IMG/VR virus record: IMGVR_UViG_3300029915_000016
Location: 18,613 to 82,612 of that record
Direction: 5' to 3' (one strand)
Source: a virus
Length of the DNA stretch: 64,000 nt
A program made the position numbers and the translations under genes. Positions 61,210 to 64,000 of the stretch are shown piece by piece. The notes beneath the pieces are model-generated. The model was given only the letters and a program-made list of their open reading frames with translations. It ran no database searches and was not told where the DNA came from. Each line of letters starts with the position of its first letter. Positions within the stretch are counted from its first letter, which is position 1.

Positions 61210-63120
61210 ATGCACATCAAAAAAATTAGGCTCCAATCGATAAGAAACCACGCAGATTCCACGCTCGACCTGTCCGACGCCAAGTTCGTTGTCATCAGAG
61301 GCGTGATGGGCGCAGGTAAGAGCAGTATCGCGCAAGGACTCAGCTTAAACGTGGCTCAATCCACCATGGATTTGTCGGCAGACGGTAAGGGCTTTGTATC
61401 TAAGATCAAGCGTGGGGAGAGTAAAGGTACGATCACGGCTGAGATCCAAGGAAAGCATCTTATCCGTAACGCTGTCACTCTTGATGCTGTGAAGTCTGAG
61501 AGATCGTCTTATGTGGAGTGCTTGGACAATCCAGACGAGAAGGGAATCATCATCGGATTTGCCAACTTCCTGAAGGCGAAGCGAGAGCCTTTGCTGGTGG
61601 CGACGAACACTCAGTATCTCATGTCGGTTAAGGATGAGGCAACGCTGAAGAACATCCTAGCCAAGTTGGTCCTTCCTGCCCATCATGACTTTCCAGAGGA
61701 TAAGATTGCTGCTGTAAACAGTGCGCTTGGGACAGGAATAGTGGACTTCTCAGGAGAGCCGTTTGGGATCATCGAGAAGGCGTATAAACTACTCTACAAA
61801 GAGCGTGAGACGATCAACCGTCAAGTGAAGGAGTTTGTAGTTCCTGATCCCCTACCGGCAGTGCAGGGAGTGGACTCTGCGGCATTGCAGATTAAGCTGA
61901 ATCAGGCTCGTGAGGAGAGACAGAAACTCTCAAACGACAAAGACGAAGCGGTACGCAAGGCGAATGAGATTGAGGTTAAGCGGACACGGTTGCAGACGAG
62001 GATTGAAGGTCTTCAAACCAAGATCACCGATGAGACGAACCGGCTCAAGACGGCAGGGGATAATATCCTGTCTGATGCGAAACTGAAGTCTCTTGCCAAG
62101 ATCGCAGAGGGAAAGGACGCACTGATAAAACTGGAGCGCGAGAGGACCATCCTTTCATCTACTATCGAAGATAACAAGAAGCAGATGGACAGGTTTGAGG
62201 CGTTGCCTGATGCGGGTACTACTTGCCCAACATGCGATCAAGTGATTGATGGGAACAAACTATCGCAGATGGCGGTTAAAGCTGAAATAGACTTTAGGAA
62301 TGCTCAACAGAGGGATAACGAGATCCTGCGCCAGATGCATGAGTTAGGAGACGTAGCAGGAGCACTCTCGTCACTTGCCAAGCACGAGACGGCCATCAAG
62401 GAAAAGGCTGCGATTGAGAGCATCCTAGCGGAGAAGTCTAAGCTGTTGAAGGCAGACCGTACCGAACTGGACGCGCTAGGTATGCAACAGGATGCAACTC
62501 AGGCATTCATCCAGCCTTTAGCCGATGTGGACACGAAGATCAACGCTATACTTTCCCAACTACAGCCAGTCATAGCGGCAGAGCAGAGAAAGACGGAGAT
62601 CGCAACCAAGACAGAGCAGTTGAAGAAACTGCAAGTCAAAGCGGCGAGTCTAAATTCTCTTGTAGTCTATTTTGACAAGGATGGCGTCAAGAAAGATTTG
62701 ATTGACGATAACATAGGTCAATTCGAGGATGACATCAACGAAGTATTGGGAGTATGCGGATACGAGACAACGCTATGCATGGAACCGTTCAGTTTTGAAG
62801 TGAAGACTCCTACTGCCGACTTTGGACCAATGAAGGAACTATCTAAGGCTGAGAGACAGCTATTCCTACCCGCTTTCCAGTGCGCTGTGAGCATCGCGGC
62901 AGGAATCAATATGGTCGTAGTGGACGACATGGATACGTATCTCAAGGAAACCGGACTACGGGGCAAGATTTATGGAAAACTCTACGAACTGATTAGCAAA
63001 GGATTGCTTGAGCAGGTAATCATGATCGAGGCTAGTTCCGACGATAAGTTACCGAATCCACAGGCTCCCGGAAGTTGCTATTTCTTTGTTGAGGGCGGGA
63101 CTGTCAGACGGTTAGGATAA
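61210..63120 (+). CDS. Rad50/SbcC-like ATPase
   Basis: Walker A GVMGAGKSS, coiled coil, CPTC hook, LSKAE, VVVDD. Confidence 0.85.
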   Translation: MHIKKIRLQSIRNHADSTLDLSDAKFVVIRGVMGAGKSSIAQGLSLNVAQSTMDLSADGKGFVSKIKRGESKGTITAEIQGKHLIRNAVTLDAVKSERSSYVECLDNPDEKGIIIGFANFLKAKREPLLVATNTQYLMSVKDEATLKNILAKLVLPAHHDFPEDKIAAVNSALGTGIVDFSGEPFGIIEKAYKLLYKERETINRQVKEFVVPDPLPAVQGVDSAALQIKLNQAREERQKLSNDKDEAVRKANEIEVKRTRLQTRIEGLQTKITDETNRLKTAGDNILSDAKLKSLAKIAEGKDALIKLERERTILSSTIEDNKKQMDRFEALPDAGTTCPTCDQVIDGNKLSQMAVKAEIDFRNAQQRDNEILRQMHELGDVAGALSSLAKHETAIKEKAAIESILAEKSKLLKADRTELDALGMQQDATQAFIQPLADVDTKINAILSQLQPVIAAEQRKTEIATKTEQLKKLQVKAASLNSLVVYFDKDGVKKDLIDDNIGQFEDDINEVLGVCGYETTLCMEPFSFEVKTPTADFGPMKELSKAERQLFLPAFQCAVSIAAGINMVVVDDMDTYLKETGLRGKIYGKLYELISKGLLEQVIMIEASSDDKLPNPQAPGSCYFFVEGGTVRRLG

Positions 63121-63153
63121 TAAAACAATCAACCGAAAGGAAAGGGAACGATT

Positions 63154-63357
63154 ATGCAAGGCTCTGTAATCTGGTTCAACAACGCGAAGGGAATAGGATT
63201 TATCAAGCGTGACGATGGTGGTAAGGACGTGTTTACACACTACAGCGCAATTGAGTGCTCAGGTTACAAGAGCCTCAAGGAAGGTCAACGGGTCGAGTTC
63301 GACATTGAGCAAGGTACGCAGGGAATTCAGGCTGCAAAAGTGAAAGTAGTGAAGTAG
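63154..63357 (+). CDS. cspA: Cold-shock domain protein
   Basis: [28 protein letters not shown]. Confidence 0.95.
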   Translation: MQGSVIWFNNAKGIGFIKRDDGGKDVFTHYSAIECSGYKSLKEGQRVEFDIEQGTQGIQAAKVKVVK

Positions 63358-63358
63358 T

Positions 63359-63916
63359 ATGGCTAAACCTATTGGAGTTGGGGCGTTGTTTCAGGAAGAT
63401 AGCCATAGTGTTTTTATGCGTATCACTGGATCGCGTTACGATGGATTATGTGACCGACTTGAGAAAAAGAAACTGCCACCACTTACGTTTTCTAAGGTTC
63501 AGTTCCGTGCTCACGTCCTAGCGGCGTTAGGAGGCCGTGAGGATGGAGCCTGTAAATGCCGCTACTGCAATTTTCATTTTTCACTACCTGATCTTGCTGT
63601 GGATCATGCAAACCCTTTGAGTCGAGGAGGGAGTACGGGACTAGATAATCTTGAATTTCCATGCAAGCCGTGCAATAACAGGAAAGGCAGCATGAGTCCG
63701 GGTGAGTATCTATCCTTGCTTGCGTTCCTAGAAACCATACCACTGGCAAGGATTGACGTGCTGAAGCGCCTAGAGCAGAGTGTAGCTCTGGCGGCTGGTG
63801 CTAGAGGGAATGCGGCGGTGATTCATACGCTAAAGCAAACAGGACAATGGCAAGCGGTACAGGCTTCTCGTAGGGAAAAAATGAAGGCAAAGAAAGACGG
63901 ACTACCGAAGTTCTAG
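63359..63916 (+). CDS. HNH endonuclease
   Basis: CRYC..VDH..PLSRGG..DNL..CKPCNNRKG. Confidence 0.85.
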   Translation: MAKPIGVGALFQEDSHSVFMRITGSRYDGLCDRLEKKKLPPLTFSKVQFRAHVLAALGGREDGACKCRYCNFHFSLPDLAVDHANPLSRGGSTGLDNLEFPCKPCNNRKGSMSPGEYLSLLAFLETIPLARIDVLKRLEQSVALAAGARGNAAVIHTLKQTGQWQAVQASRREKMKAKKDGLPKF

Positions 63917-63929
63917 AAAGGCAAGAAAA

Positions 63930-64000
63930 ATGAAAACATTATCTCTCCACCAGCCGCACGCACAGGCAATCGGGTTGAAGTTGAAAACTTTCGAGACCCG
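63930..64000 (+). CDS. ASCH-domain protein (3' truncated)
   Basis: MKTLSLHQPHA..I...K.FETR. Confidence 0.7.
   Translation, partial: MKTLSLHQPHAQAIGLKLKTFET

Noticed and set aside
1-64000. Host assignment, integrase/att sites, tmRNA, RtcB, TnpA
   Set aside because: None identifiable in this window; the host cannot be determined without searches.

Overview
A 64-kb segment of a large tailed dsDNA phage. Left to right: (1) the end of a tail-fibre gene and a lysis module with a GH108-type endolysin; (2) podovirus-like tail and ejection-protein genes (4.5-21 kb), interrupted by a self-contained cassette encoding a Cas7/Csm3-like RAMP protein followed by a 25-unit NN-GGY pentamer array and a terminator; (3) small accessory genes; (4) a ~13-kb translation island (30-43 kb) with 37 tRNA genes covering all 20 amino acids, a Ro60/TROVE gene preceded by eight tandem Y-RNA-like elements, and HNH/EndoVII genes; (5) three TnpA-less tnpB elements, a replication initiator with internal repeats, RecT, a radical SAM enzyme, a PD-(D/E)XK nuclease, a Rad50/SbcC-like ATPase and a cold-shock protein. 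The strongest unexplained signal is that each of the three large tRNA clusters is preceded by a promoter, a 23-24 aa leader ORF and a terminator/antiterminator pair. Each leader is built mostly from codons read by the tRNAs of that same cluster, often down to the isoacceptor. This suggests ribosome-stalling attenuators that switch phage tRNA operons on when the matching host tRNAs are depleted. All calls and coordinates were read by eye; no database searches or folding programs were run.
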